From a phage: a DNA stretch of 64,000 bases. The notes under the pieces are model-generated. The model worked only from the letters and a program-made list of their open reading frames with translations. It was not told where the DNA came from and ran no database searches. Position numbers and translations under genes: made by a program. Positions 53,009 through 62,618 of the stretch are shown piece by piece; position 1 is the first letter of the stretch; the number at the start of each line of letters is the position of its first letter. The DNA lies in NCBI GenBank assembly GCA_012628545.1, contig GCA_012628545.1_3035.1. One strand, 5' to 3'.

Positions 53009-53012
53009 AATT

Positions 53013-53270
53013 TTAACCACCAATACCTGGAGTTGGCGTAACAGTCCAAAGACCTTCATTAGCAGTGATCCATTCAGTACGCTGATTTTCTTCATATACT
53101 GTAGAATATGCTGCTTTTTCAGAAGGGAATGTCTGATAATGAGCACCAGAAATTTTGTGAACATCAGAATAAAGAGGGAAAGCTACAGAAATTTCTTTAC
53201 CCTGAATTGTACCACCATCAACTGCTTGGTCAAATGTTTTGATATTAACATAACCGCGAGTACTAGCCAT
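53013..53270 (-). CDS. soc: small outer capsid protein
   Basis: 85-aa ORF beginning MASTRGYVNIKTF; sequence recall of T4 Soc. Confidence 0.8.
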   Translation of the reverse strand: MASTRGYVNIKTFDQAVDGGTIQGKEISVAFPLYSDVHKISGAHYQTFPSEKAAYSTVYEENQRTEWITANEGLWTVTPTPGIGG

Positions 53271-53286
53271 GTAATTCTCCTTTTAT

Positions 53287-53496
53287 TTAAATTACATGAT
53301 TATTTATAATAAATTCTCGCGGAACGTTAAAATACCCGATTTTAGTTAATATAACAACATCACCGTTAATAATTACCGGAGAATAATCTTCTGGAGCATT
53401 AAATTTCCAATGGGCTCTAATATTATATCCATCAGAACCAAATGCTCGACTAGCCGGTCTCCCGGCTTTTTGCCATACATAAAAATCAAATTTCAT
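53287..53496 (-). CDS. hypothetical protein
   Basis: 69-aa ORF. Confidence 0.45.
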   Translation of the reverse strand: MKFDFYVWQKAGRPASRAFGSDGYNIRAHWKFNAPEDYSPVIINGDVVILTKIGYFNVPREFIINNHVI

Positions 53497-53517
53497 TTTG
53501 AATGCTCTATAATTAAT

Positions 53518-53691
53518 TTTAAAGCTTCTTCACTGACAAAATTTCGTCAGGACCTTCTTCTATAACCCAATCAACCATACGAAGTTGATTAGTTAAGAGC
53601 TCACATACGAGCTCCTTGTTATAATCTTTAAATAGCTGGTCAATACGTTTCTTATGGGCTTTCTTAAGCTGACGCTTATTTAAACGAGCCA
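53518..53691 (-). CDS. small basic hypothetical protein (57 aa)
   Basis: Hand-translated MARLNKRQLKKAHKKRIDQ...; below ORF-track cutoff. Confidence 0.35.
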
Positions 53692-54210
53692 TTAATAACC
53701 TCGGTCTTGACGAGCGAAGTTTTCAGCATTTTTCAGGTAATAAAGTTTAAAGATTTCTTCAGCTGACATTCCAAGAGCAATAAATTTATTCATGAAAAAA
53801 TGAAATTGGTCAATAAGTTCAAATTTAATTTCAAGCTGATCTTCGGGAGATAAATCTTGAATTTTCTTGGATTGCATTTCAGAATAACGTTTCTTCCAAG
53901 GTTTCCATACAGCAGAAGCTTCTTTTTCGCCATTACTCATACCACCGAGAGAAGTATATAGCTCGCGAGTTTCGTCTGCGATATAATCGTCTTGGTTTCG
54001 CAGCCAAGCAAGAACTTCTCCTGCAGTTTCAAGTGAATCAGGATGACGATTTGTTTCTGGTTTATCATTAGCCAAACGAATCTGTAAATGCCGCTGCATG
54101 TCAAGCATAACCTGCAGTGGGTCAATATTGTGCATAATATTCTCAGCATATGCACGATTTGCTTTATCAACACCTTCGATCAAATGAGCGCATTCATTAA
54201 AGTAAGCCAT
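53692..54210 (-). CDS. 56: dCTPase/dUTPase (dCTP pyrophosphatase)
   Basis: 172 aa from internal ATG (MAYFNECAHL); ORF-track extension is upstream hydrophobic read-through. Confidence 0.85.
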   Translation of the reverse strand: MAYFNECAHLIEGVDKANRAYAENIMHNIDPLQVMLDMQRHLQIRLANDKPETNRHPDSLETAGEVLAWLRNQDDYIADETRELYTSLGGMSNGEKEASAVWKPWKKRYSEMQSKKIQDLSPEDQLEIKFELIDQFHFFMNKFIALGMSAEEIFKLYYLKNAENFARQDRGY

Positions 54211-54244
54211 TATTTTTCCTTTCAATTCATGGGTTAGTAGATTA

Positions 54245-54270
54245 ATTATACAATAAATATATAAAGCAAT
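54245..54270 (-). promoter_or_regulatory. MotA-dependent middle promoter for gene 56
   Basis: Minus strand ATTGCTTTA MotA box, 11-12 bp, TATAAT. Confidence 0.5.
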
Positions 54271-54281
54271 AAGGATGACAT

Positions 54282-54482
54282 ATGGTACAAAAATTAATGG
54301 CACTTGTTAATGCCATAAAAGGTAATAAAAAACGTATAGCTTTTACTATTTCTGCTATGGTAGGAATTTTACTCTGGAACTTTATTCTATCACCTGTTGC
54401 AATTGCACATGGTATTAATATTCCAGTAGTTACTCTTGATACATTTGTAGATTTAGCATTTGCTTTAGTTGGGTTAATTTAA
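54282..54482 (+). CDS. hypothetical small membrane protein
   Basis: 66-aa plus-strand ORF with AAGGA SD 6 nt upstream of ATG; two hydrophobic segments. Confidence 0.4.
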   Translation: MVQKLMALVNAIKGNKKRIAFTISAMVGILLWNFILSPVAIAHGINIPVVTLDTFVDLAFALVGLI

Positions 54483-55507
54483 ATCTTAGCATATTTAGAT
54501 AACCGCATTTTAGCCATTAACCCCTGGGCAATATTATTTTTCATATATTCCATAATTTGTTCAGGGGTTGCACCTTCCTTTCTAATCATATCATTGACGT
54601 CTTTTGATTTCCAGGGAGATTTATCCCAAAACATAACCCTTTCTCCTGCATCAACTAATTTAGTCATTCGTTTGATAGTGTCAGGGTGACGAGGTTCATT
54701 ATCTAAGACCCACACTCGTCTATCTTTAAATGGAACAACTTCTAGGTCTAATTGACCGCCCGTAATAGCTATACCATTTTCAATAAAAAGTGAATCTATA
54801 GGTCCTTCTAGAACATATACATCGCCATCTTTAACTCGTTCGACTCCATATATTTTTGTTGCCTCAGGATAAGCTTTAATGGTGATATATTTTTGAGGAG
54901 CATCTTTCTTTAATGCACGTCCTTGAAAAGACTCAGCTTTTCCATTAGCATTATAAATTGGAATAACAAGACGAGGCTCAGAAATTTCCTTTTTGTATGT
55001 TCCCGGTGCTATGCTATTAACTAATTTAGGCCATTCAGTTGTAAACCAAAGATATTTCCATTTATCCTTTGGAATACAACGAGCTTTTACATATTTTATA
55101 ATTGCATGGTCTTCCGCCAGTTTATCTAATCTAACACATGACGGAAGAGATTTAATTATTTTCTTCTCAGGTTGTTTAGGAAGTTCTTTAGGTTTTTCTA
55201 CTGGACGACTTTTACCTCTTTCTTTTCTTATTTCAAAGATATACTCACGATATAAATCAGGTTCAAACTCCTTTAAATATATTCCGATTGGTGCATGATA
55301 GTTACAGTTATAACAATGAATATTTCCTTCATTATTATCACCATAATACCATCCACGAGCTTTATTCTGATCGGTTTTTGAATCTCCACAAACAGGACAT
55401 CTAAACCGTAATTTAAAAGTTGAACTATTATTTACTTGTGTGAATTTAGGTAAATGAGCTAATGCACGGTATGCAAACTCATTATCAATCCAAGGTATTG
55501 ATGACAT
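54479..55507 (-). CDS. 61: DNA primase
   Basis: 342-aa ORF with N-terminal zinc-ribbon CxxC...CxxC and TOPRIM-like region; T4 gp61 length. Confidence 0.9.
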   Translation of the reverse strand: MSSIPWIDNEFAYRALAHLPKFTQVNNSSTFKLRFRCPVCGDSKTDQNKARGWYYGDNNEGNIHCYNCNYHAPIGIYLKEFEPDLYREYIFEIRKERGKSRPVEKPKELPKQPEKKIIKSLPSCVRLDKLAEDHAIIKYVKARCIPKDKWKYLWFTTEWPKLVNSIAPGTYKKEISEPRLVIPIYNANGKAESFQGRALKKDAPQKYITIKAYPEATKIYGVERVKDGDVYVLEGPIDSLFIENGIAITGGQLDLEVVPFKDRRVWVLDNEPRHPDTIKRMTKLVDAGERVMFWDKSPWKSKDVNDMIRKEGATPEQIMEYMKNNIAQGLMAKMRLSKYAKI

Positions 55508-55672
55508 TTTTACTCTTCTTTTTCTTTAGATTCCTCTTTTTTCTTTTTAGGAATCTGTTCAGGGCCTTTATTTACTACAGCGCCCGACGTTGTTCCAGTA
55601 GAGATATTTTCAGGATTACCACCTGAATCTCCAGCTACCATATCTTCTTTAATAAATTCTTTATATGTTTTC
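55508..55672 (-). CDS. small hypothetical protein (about 54 aa)
   Basis: Hand-translated MKTYKEFIKEDMVAGDSGGNPENISTG...; below ORF-track cutoff. Confidence 0.35.
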
Positions 55673-55675
55673 ATA

Positions 55676-56032
55676 TTAACCTTTATTCATAAAAGCATTA
55701 AAAATTTGGTCATCAATAGAAGGTGCAGCAATATTTTCTGCATCATTTAGCAAATCATTAATTTCATCAGATAGCATAACACATGTACCTTTATTTCCCG
55801 TAATTGTTACTGCGCAATTACGAACGTTTTCTTTATTAAATTTTAGGTTAATATTTTCGTAATGAAAATCCTTTAATGCTGAATATATTTTTAAAATAAA
55901 ATTGTCTTTTACTACAATAAACCCAACCTCACTATTAAAACGTGGTTCATGGAAACTGTAATAAACCTTTTCATCTATAAAATCGTATGAAATTTTTTCC
56001 ATTTTTAAATATGAAAATTCAGAACTATACAT
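55676..56032 (-). CDS. hypothetical protein
   Basis: 118-aa ORF. Confidence 0.5.
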   Translation of the reverse strand: MYSSEFSYLKMEKISYDFIDEKVYYSFHEPRFNSEVGFIVVKDNFILKIYSALKDFHYENINLKFNKENVRNCAVTITGNKGTCVMLSDEINDLLNDAENIAAPSIDDQIFNAFMNKG

Positions 56033-56044
56033 ATTAACCTCTAA

Positions 56045-56338
56045 TTACTCACCTACCACTTCAGCGATGATATTTTTGTTATTAAAGTTTTTATCGCAAT
56101 ACAGAACATAATTATACTGCATTACACCACCAGACTTAAGTTGTTTTTGCACTTCAGCTTTCATTTCAGGACGATCGCGCTCAACGATATTCATAATATC
56201 CGCTTCAATTTGAGTTTCAACTTCAGTCTGATCTGCAGTCATAGACCATTCACACAAATCTTTATCATATCCTGCCATAGCAGGCTGAGCAGCACAAGAA
56301 GCCAAAGTAAAAATTGTAGCAAAAATAAATTTTTTCAT
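56045..56338 (-). CDS. sp: Spackle periplasmic protein
   Basis: 97-aa ORF with signal peptide; length and synteny match T4 Sp. Confidence 0.7.
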   Translation of the reverse strand: MKKFIFATIFTLASCAAQPAMAGYDKDLCEWSMTADQTEVETQIEADIMNIVERDRPEMKAEVQKQLKSGGVMQYNYVLYCDKNFNNKNIIAEVVGE

Positions 56339-56398
56339 GATAATCTCCTCAGTAGTTTATGTTTATATAGTATCTCAATTTCCAACAAAAGTAAACAG

Positions 56399-56698
56399 CT
56401 ATTTTAAAACTTCTGCGTAATCACATGTTACAAACTGTTTCTCTAGCTTAACGATCTTACGAAAATACCTTTTATACTGACGAATCTGTCGCTTCGTAGG
56501 ACGTACAGCAAACTTAATAAATTCCACTCGACCAAATGGAGGACTTTCTTCTGCTGGAATATCTAACACCAATTCCCACGTATCTGCAATAAGTGCTTTG
56601 AATTGAGTATTTTTCCTGACGTTATACGGAGTAGGTTTAAATAAAACAATATGCATATTATCCTCGGCAATCCACTTCACATACTTTCTTGTCATCAA
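56399..56698 (-). CDS. hypothetical protein
   Basis: 99-aa ORF. Confidence 0.5.
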   Translation of the reverse strand: MMTRKYVKWIAEDNMHIVLFKPTPYNVRKNTQFKALIADTWELVLDIPAEESPPFGRVEFIKFAVRPTKRQIRQYKRYFRKIVKLEKQFVTCDYAEVLK

Positions 56699-56840
56699 TG
56701 AAAGCTTTAACTAATGCTTTATTAACTTCAGCATATTGAGTAGTAGCCCATTGAACGTCATCTTTCATCATTGTGATTTCTTTAGTAAACATGCTTTCAT
56801 TCTTAAACCACCCCATAAAAACTACCTTTACCAATTCCAT
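56658..56840 (-). CDS. dmd: Dmd antitoxin (discriminator of mRNA degradation)
   Basis: 60-aa ORF immediately upstream of the 61/41 block; length and synteny match T4 Dmd. Confidence 0.65.
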   Translation of the reverse strand: MELVKVVFMGWFKNESMFTKEITMMKDDVQWATTQYAEVNKALVKAFIDDKKVCEVDCRG

Positions 56841-56898
56841 AACAATCTCCTCATTTAACCAACAAGACTACTATACCATAGTCTTGTCAGCTTGTAAA

Positions 56899-58326
56899 CT
56901 AAAATTTTAATTCATTTGCCAAAGCATCTAACTGTGCTCGAGTGGATTCATTTCTTTGATAGCGATTCTGTTCAGCCTGAATCTGTTGTGAACCTGCTAC
57001 TTCACTCACTTCAGTTGGAGTAGAATCTTGTTCAATTTCTACCCATTTCTGATTTCCCTTTTGAACACCCATCAAAAACTTATTCCACTTATTCTTATCG
57101 CCATATCGTGATTTGATTTGCTTAATGAGTTGTTGTTCAGCAGCTGCTAGCTCCTCGGTTTCAATGACCGCAAGCATAAAATCAGCTGTTGCTGGAAGAC
57201 CAGCAGATTCTGCGATATCACTCATGTTAACATCGGAAGAGTCCCAAGCTTGTTTACCAACCTGTGCTGCAGTCCAAAGAACAGTTTCGGTTTCAACAGC
57301 AAGAGCACGCAATTCCTCTGCAATAGCTTTAACAGTTGTGTAACTATTTTCTGAGTAAACTCTGATGCGGCAAGATTTACAAATACCTAGATAGTCGACA
57401 ATAATGATTGTTGGAACAAAATTCTTTTTGAGCTTCAATTCATTCAAGAGAGACCTGAATGTGTTAGCATCTGCCCCACCAGTAGGGTACTGTTTAACAA
57501 TTAAACGACCGAGAGTAGATTTCTCACGCCATTTTTCCATTTTTCCTTTATACTCAGCGTAAGAAATATGCCCATCATCAATGTCATCAAGAGAAACATC
57601 GAGCATATTAGCGTCAATACGTTTAGCACAGACTTCTTCTGCCATTTCCATGGAGATATAAAGAACGTTATGTCCAAGCTGTAAATAATCTGCTGCTAAT
57701 GAACACAATCCTAATGATTTACCAACGTTAACGCCAGCCATTAAAACGTTCAGTGTTCCAGTTTCAGCTCCGCCTTTAGTAATTTTGTTTAGAATTCTGA
57801 GTTTAAATGGAACCTTACGAGCTTTATTCATATAAGATAGCCAACGTGCTTCGTAGTCATCCATCCAATCATGACCAACGTAACTATCAAATGAAATTGA
57901 TAATGCTTGGCGCATGATGTCAGGAATAGCACCAACATCCGGCATTTTCTTATTTCGTTTTTCCGGAGGAAGCTCAGCATTAGTTTGAATTTCGATTATT
58001 TTAGACGTAGCATTAAACATCGCCCTCTGCTGAACATATTTTTCAGTTTCTTTTACTAACCAGCTGTGGTCTTCCGGAGAATCAGCTAGTTTTGAAATAA
58101 GTGTTTTTACACCAGAATATTCTGTTTCCGTAAATGAACTATTTTCTAATGCAACATTTAACGCATTAATAGATGGAACGCTATGATACTCATTGACATG
58201 AGATTTAATTAATTTGAATGTATTTTTAGCTGGACCACTTTCAAAATATTCTGAATCCATATATGGCCAAACTTTTGAAAAATAAGCTTGATCAAATATG
58301 AGATGAGAAAGAATAATTTCTACCAC
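56899..58326 (-). CDS. 41: replicative DNA helicase (DnaB-like)
   Basis: 475-aa ORF with Walker A GVNVGKS; apparent GTG start. Confidence 0.95.
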   Translation of the reverse strand: MVEIILSHLIFDQAYFSKVWPYMDSEYFESGPAKNTFKLIKSHVNEYHSVPSINALNVALENSSFTETEYSGVKTLISKLADSPEDHSWLVKETEKYVQQRAMFNATSKIIEIQTNAELPPEKRNKKMPDVGAIPDIMRQALSISFDSYVGHDWMDDYEARWLSYMNKARKVPFKLRILNKITKGGAETGTLNVLMAGVNVGKSLGLCSLAADYLQLGHNVLYISMEMAEEVCAKRIDANMLDVSLDDIDDGHISYAEYKGKMEKWREKSTLGRLIVKQYPTGGADANTFRSLLNELKLKKNFVPTIIIVDYLGICKSCRIRVYSENSYTTVKAIAEELRALAVETETVLWTAAQVGKQAWDSSDVNMSDIAESAGLPATADFMLAVIETEELAAAEQQLIKQIKSRYGDKNKWNKFLMGVQKGNQKWVEIEQDSTPTEVSEVAGSQQIQAEQNRYQRNESTRAQLDALANELKF

Positions 58327-58335
58327 ACTTACTCC

Positions 58336-58698
58336 TTAAAAGAATTTAAACTTTTTCTTTGACCTTTTATTAAATGCATCTTGTAGTTGCATTGTAATAC
58401 ATTTTTCTACATGAGGAGCTAACTCAGCTTTTCTTTCTTGGTCAAGAACAGCAAAGTCCATTACGACTTTTCCATTAACCCAATCTAATTTTGTCACATA
58501 CACAATGTGTGTAGAACCATCTTCTAGTTTAATGACAATCTCCTGGATAACATTTTCCATGGCAGATTTAATTATCTTAAGAGACTCATTAAAAAGACGT
58601 TCTTTTCTTTCTTCTTCCCCCTCCGAAGAGGGGGATTCATCGATAATTTCTAGATCTAAATCTAAATCATCTTTATTCATTAAATTCTTCCATATCAC
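58336..58698 (-). CDS. 40: gp40 head-assembly accessory protein
   Basis: 120-aa ORF between uvsX and 41. Confidence 0.6.
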   Translation of the reverse strand: MIWKNLMNKDDLDLDLEIIDESPSSEGEEERKERLFNESLKIIKSAMENVIQEIVIKLEDGSTHIVYVTKLDWVNGKVVMDFAVLDQERKAELAPHVEKCITMQLQDAFNKRSKKKFKFF

Positions 58699-59854
58699 TT
58701 AACTGTTCGAGGTCAGTTTCTAAATCAGCTGCCGATTTACTTTTACTTTCTGGGGATTTAAATTTTTCAACTTTTGAGTTAATTAATTCATCAACTTCAG
58801 CTTCAACAATTTCATTACTATCAATAGCACCTAACTGATAAGCACGTTTAATAGCATCTCGGAATGGTTGATGCTTAAATAAAGGACCCCAGAATGTAGT
58901 GCAGTTAGTATCTTTTGCACGCCAAGATTTTTCTTCGCGAATCATCTCGCCGGTTTCTTCATCAAGAAATTCACGAGCATACCAACCATTTTTAGGTTTT
59001 ACTACAAATCCTAATTCTAGAGCCATATCTAACAATCCAGAATAAGGATCGATACCACCATCAAATTTAACATCAATAAAGAATTTACTTTTTTCTTTAA
59101 CGGTACGAGATTTTTCTACATTTAGAACAAATTGATACCCCTGAAGATCAGAACCATCTTTAATCTGGCGCTTACCGATAATGAATACAGTATCAGCCGA
59201 ATACATTACGCCTGTACCACCTGTCATCACGGTTTTACTAAACATTTCAATTGTTTCAATTGTATGGTTAACCGCAACACATGGAATATTTTTAATGCTA
59301 AAATAAGGAGTAACAATACGGAATAATGACTTCAGTGATTTAGCACGAGTCATATCTGCCACAGATTTTTCATTCAAGGCATCTTCCGTTTCTTTCTTAG
59401 AAGCCATATTACCAATTGAGTCGATGAATACTATAACCTTTTCACCACGCTCAATAGCTTCAAGCTGATTCACCATATCAATTTTCAGCTGTTCAACTGA
59501 TTGAATTGGCGTATGAATTACACGTTCCGGGTCAACTCCCATGGATCGCAAATAAGCTGGAGTAATACCAAATTCGCTATCATAAAATAGACAAACCGCG
59601 TCAGGATATTTGTTCAAATATGCCGCAACCATAGTCAAAGACATATTTGATTTAAAGTGTTTAGAAGGCCCTGCGAAAATAGTTAAACCAGACTGCATAC
59701 CGCCATCAATCGCACCAGAAATAGCAATATTAAGCATTGGAATTTTTGTACGAATTACATCCTTTTCATTAAAGAATTTAGATGTAGTCAGTTCAGCAGT
59801 CATTTTAGAAGTGGAAGCTTTAATCAAACGGGATTTTAAATCTGCAATAGACAT
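58673..59854 (-). CDS. uvsX: UvsX recombinase (RecA-like)
   Basis: 393-aa ORF with Walker A GPSKHFKS; T4 UvsX. Confidence 0.95.
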   Translation of the reverse strand: MSIADLKSRLIKASTSKMTAELTTSKFFNEKDVIRTKIPMLNIAISGAIDGGMQSGLTIFAGPSKHFKSNMSLTMVAAYLNKYPDAVCLFYDSEFGITPAYLRSMGVDPERVIHTPIQSVEQLKIDMVNQLEAIERGEKVIVFIDSIGNMASKKETEDALNEKSVADMTRAKSLKSLFRIVTPYFSIKNIPCVAVNHTIETIEMFSKTVMTGGTGVMYSADTVFIIGKRQIKDGSDLQGYQFVLNVEKSRTVKEKSKFFIDVKFDGGIDPYSGLLDMALELGFVVKPKNGWYAREFLDEETGEMIREEKSWRAKDTNCTTFWGPLFKHQPFRDAIKRAYQLGAIDSNEIVEAEVDELINSKVEKFKSPESKSKSAADLETDLEQLSDMEEFNE

Positions 59855-59931
59855 TCATTTTTTCCATAGGCATCATTATATTTTCCTCACTGGTTAAAGA
59901 TAGAGTAATTATAACACAATAAATTTAGGCA

Positions 59932-60780
59932 TTAATCAACTGCTATTGGATGAATAGCATTAAACTTATGAAATGCTTCTGATTTTTCTTTACGCGAAAC
60001 ACACATGCGAAGAACCTTTAATGGCTCGTCTTCTTCACCCAACGATTTTCGTTTTTCAATATTCGACGTTTTCCAACGAGCTTGCTCTGGAAACTCTCTA
60101 TTGATTTGCTCAAGCGCTCTATTATGTTTAGAATTACTACGAATTGAACTACACCCACCAGGAGCTTGCGCTTTACCTGATACAACCAGATATTTGAACA
60201 AGGCCAAATGCGGATAACCTTGATTAATTAAATTGAGAAATGCATACATATCTTCGCACAAATCAATTTTTCCATACCCAATTTGTTCTGTCGTAAGTTT
60301 TCCAAGGTCATACCATGTATTCGTGAATCCATATGAATTTTCACGATAATTACCCCAAGATGAAGTAATTTTAAAAATTGGTAGGCGAGCATGACCGTGA
60401 TAATACCCACAATCCATGGCATCTTCGACGTATTGAATCAATTCATAGAACTGTTCATGAGTCAATTGATTGACTTTATCCACACAACGACGGTCATCTC
60501 TTTTTCGCATTGAACTCATACGAATAGTAGTATCATCGTCAATCATCCAGATTCGTTGGCCTGCATACATATCAGTAATTGCTTTACGAGTACCGGCAAT
60601 TCCGTTTACATCATCAGGAATAGTTATAATTTTAGCTCTAGACCCATAGGCATCATAATAAGCTTTTTCTTCATGTTCACGCACTACAATATGGGGTTCA
60701 TAATCAGTCGGAAACATATCAAGGGCAGAAACTGCCCCGACCCGCTGATAACTTGGAATTACGAATTGAATCATTTCCAC
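59932..60780 (-). CDS. putative DNA hydroxymethylcytosine glycosyltransferase (non-T4-type)
   Basis: 282-aa ORF with DxD-like motif WMIDDDTTI; occupies the beta-gt position between uvsX and gene 42 but does not resemble T4 beta-gt as I recall it. Confidence 0.45.
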   Translation of the reverse strand: MEMIQFVIPSYQRVGAVSALDMFPTDYEPHIVVREHEEKAYYDAYGSRAKIITIPDDVNGIAGTRKAITDMYAGQRIWMIDDDTTIRMSSMRKRDDRRCVDKVNQLTHEQFYELIQYVEDAMDCGYYHGHARLPIFKITSSWGNYRENSYGFTNTWYDLGKLTTEQIGYGKIDLCEDMYAFLNLINQGYPHLALFKYLVVSGKAQAPGGCSSIRSNSKHNRALEQINREFPEQARWKTSNIEKRKSLGEEDEPLKVLRMCVSRKEKSEAFHKFNAIHPIAVD

Positions 60781-61511
60781 TCACCGTTATAATCTTTTTT
60801 CACAATATGAGTTTCGCCAGTATTCCACCAATGATCAACCAAGTAAAAATGACGAGAATATACATGAAGACTTCCAACATTCCATATAATAGAACCTGCT
60901 TTATACTGACGAGTTGAATCGCCTGCATTCAAATCAGATACTAATTTATCTAATACGTATTTTTGCCATGCATAATCATTACGGAATCCGAAGACCACGT
61001 CATTTGAGCGCATGCTTACTACTGCATTGACTTTCTTATCACGAATCAGGTACTGTACTGTATTCGTACACATGAAATCTGACATACCATCTTTATTGTA
61101 GTCAAATTGCATGGATGGACGAGTATAAATCATGATACCACGTCGAGAATCAGGATTTTGACCAAGTTCAGCTAAACACATATCATATTGAGCATAGTTA
61201 TCTTCTGACCAGATAGCCCAACCATAATTCGAGTTAATTTCACCTTTAGAAGATGCTACTTGTTGCCAAATCTTCGGTGTTTCACCTGGAATATCTTTAA
61301 CAAACAGACTTTGAGACTTGTACCATTCAAGTTCACGCTGAATGTATTCATCATTAAGAGCGCCAAAAATAAAGGGTTCATCTGCTACAAATGATGCGCC
61401 AATAATTTCAATAGTTTTAACACCAGTTTTATCAACTACGAAATCTTTTTCCTTTAATGCAAGCCCCAAATGAAGACGGATTTCTTCAACTGTCATAGAG
61501 TCACTAATCAT
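60771..61511 (-). CDS. 42: dCMP hydroxymethylase
   Basis: 246-aa ORF beginning MISDSMTVEEIRLHLG; thymidylate-synthase fold; T4 gp42. Confidence 0.95.
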   Translation of the reverse strand: MISDSMTVEEIRLHLGLALKEKDFVVDKTGVKTIEIIGASFVADEPFIFGALNDEYIQRELEWYKSQSLFVKDIPGETPKIWQQVASSKGEINSNYGWAIWSEDNYAQYDMCLAELGQNPDSRRGIMIYTRPSMQFDYNKDGMSDFMCTNTVQYLIRDKKVNAVVSMRSNDVVFGFRNDYAWQKYVLDKLVSDLNAGDSTRQYKAGSIIWNVGSLHVYSRHFYLVDHWWNTGETHIVKKDYNGEWK

Positions 61512-61514
61512 TTA

Positions 61515-61664
61515 AACCTCAATTGATGCATTCATATTTAAATTGTAACAGTAATAAACCCCACCCTATGATAAGAGTTGGAATCATAGCAGGAACTGTT
61601 ACGCTATAGTATATACTTATTATAACCATCAAGATTAAAAGCAACACTGTTATAATTTTGCTTT
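61515..61664 (-). CDS. small membrane protein (49 aa)
   Basis: Hand-translated MKSKIITVLLLILMVIISIYYSV...; below ORF-track cutoff. Confidence 0.35.
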
Positions 61665-61916
61665 TCATTCTTTCTCTCTGATGATAATTACCTGATTTGG
61701 CTGTGCAGACTTTTTAGTTTCACCAGCAATTGACCAAATAAGTGTAATAAACCAACCAATAATTGACCAGTTAAACAGTAAAGATGTGAAAAAGATTCCT
61801 ACTGTCGATTTTGACCCACGCATCAAAGCAATAAACCATGGAAGCATGTATATAATAATAGCCAACACACCTGAAACTAAAACCATAAAAATTGAACCTG
61901 CTACTAAAGTTTCCAT
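61665..61916 (-). CDS. imm: superinfection immunity protein
   Basis: 83-aa two-transmembrane ORF; T4 Imm. Confidence 0.8.
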   Translation of the reverse strand: METLVAGSIFMVLVSGVLAIIIYMLPWFIALMRGSKSTVGIFFTSLLFNWSIIGWFITLIWSIAGETKKSAQPNQVIIIREKE

Positions 61917-61923
61917 ATTTTCC

Positions 61924-62304
61924 TCACTTAGTCAAATTTTTTACGCATGAATTATAAGAATTCACTACATACTCCATCGGAGCATTTTTACCAGTACGCC
62001 ATTGGTAATTATTGGCCCAATTAGCCCAAAGCTCGGCGCAGTAGTTTTCAATTTTTTCTTCGCGTGTAATTACATCCGAATTACGATATGCTTGAGCAGA
62101 TTCATCTGGACGAATAGCTTCGTCAAAATTCGCCTGCATTTGTTCGACTGTTTGCTTTGGAGCTTCTTTATAACACTTGACATTAGGATTATAAAATTTG
62201 CTTGAACAGTTTACAATTTTTCCTGCATCAGACTGATTTACTACCGGTCCTTGAGCTACACAACCAGTAAGACCTAATGCAATAACCAAAATAGCGATTT
62301 TCAT
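61924..62304 (-). CDS. putative lipoprotein
   Basis: 126-aa ORF with signal peptide and lipobox LTGCV. Confidence 0.5.
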   Translation of the reverse strand: MKIAILVIALGLTGCVAQGPVVNQSDAGKIVNCSSKFYNPNVKCYKEAPKQTVEQMQANFDEAIRPDESAQAYRNSDVITREEKIENYCAELWANWANNYQWRTGKNAPMEYVVNSYNSCVKNLTK

Positions 62305-62314
62305 AATAATTTCC

Positions 62315-62551
62315 TCAAATGCAAGTAGTAATTACTCCAGTAGTGCTTATGCAGGTATTACCCATTTGCACACCTAAAGATCCATTTGTATTCACATGAA
62401 GATTATCATCAATTTTAACTGATATTTTACCATTAGTGTGAATAACAGTGCTAGATTCAATCACAGGTTGAGTATCATTTTCAACACTAACAAATGGAAC
62501 TGCTGCTAATGCAACTAAACAAACTGCTAAGCATCCCATAACAATTTTCAT
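62315..62551 (-). CDS. hypothetical secreted protein
   Basis: 78 aa from internal ATG (MKIVMGCLAVCL signal peptide); ORF-track extension reads through a promoter. Confidence 0.45.
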   Translation of the reverse strand: MKIVMGCLAVCLVALAAVPFVSVENDTQPVIESSTVIHTNGKISVKIDDNLHVNTNGSLGVQMGNTCISTTGVITTCI

Positions 62552-62569
62552 TTTATTCTCCAAATCCGT

Positions 62570-62618
62570 ATCAGTAGTTGATAGTTGTATAGTACCATGG
62601 AAGAACATTCTTGTAAAC
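62570..62618 (-). promoter_or_regulatory. early promoter (conserved family)
   Basis: GTTTAC, 15 bp, TGGTACTATACAACTATCAACTACTGATACG. Confidence 0.5.

Noticed and set aside
56899-58326. Apparent GTG start of gene 41 as a possible sequencing or annotation problem
   Set aside because: The reading frame is intact and the protein is full length; a non-ATG start is plausible, and there is no in-frame ATG with a better RBS nearby.
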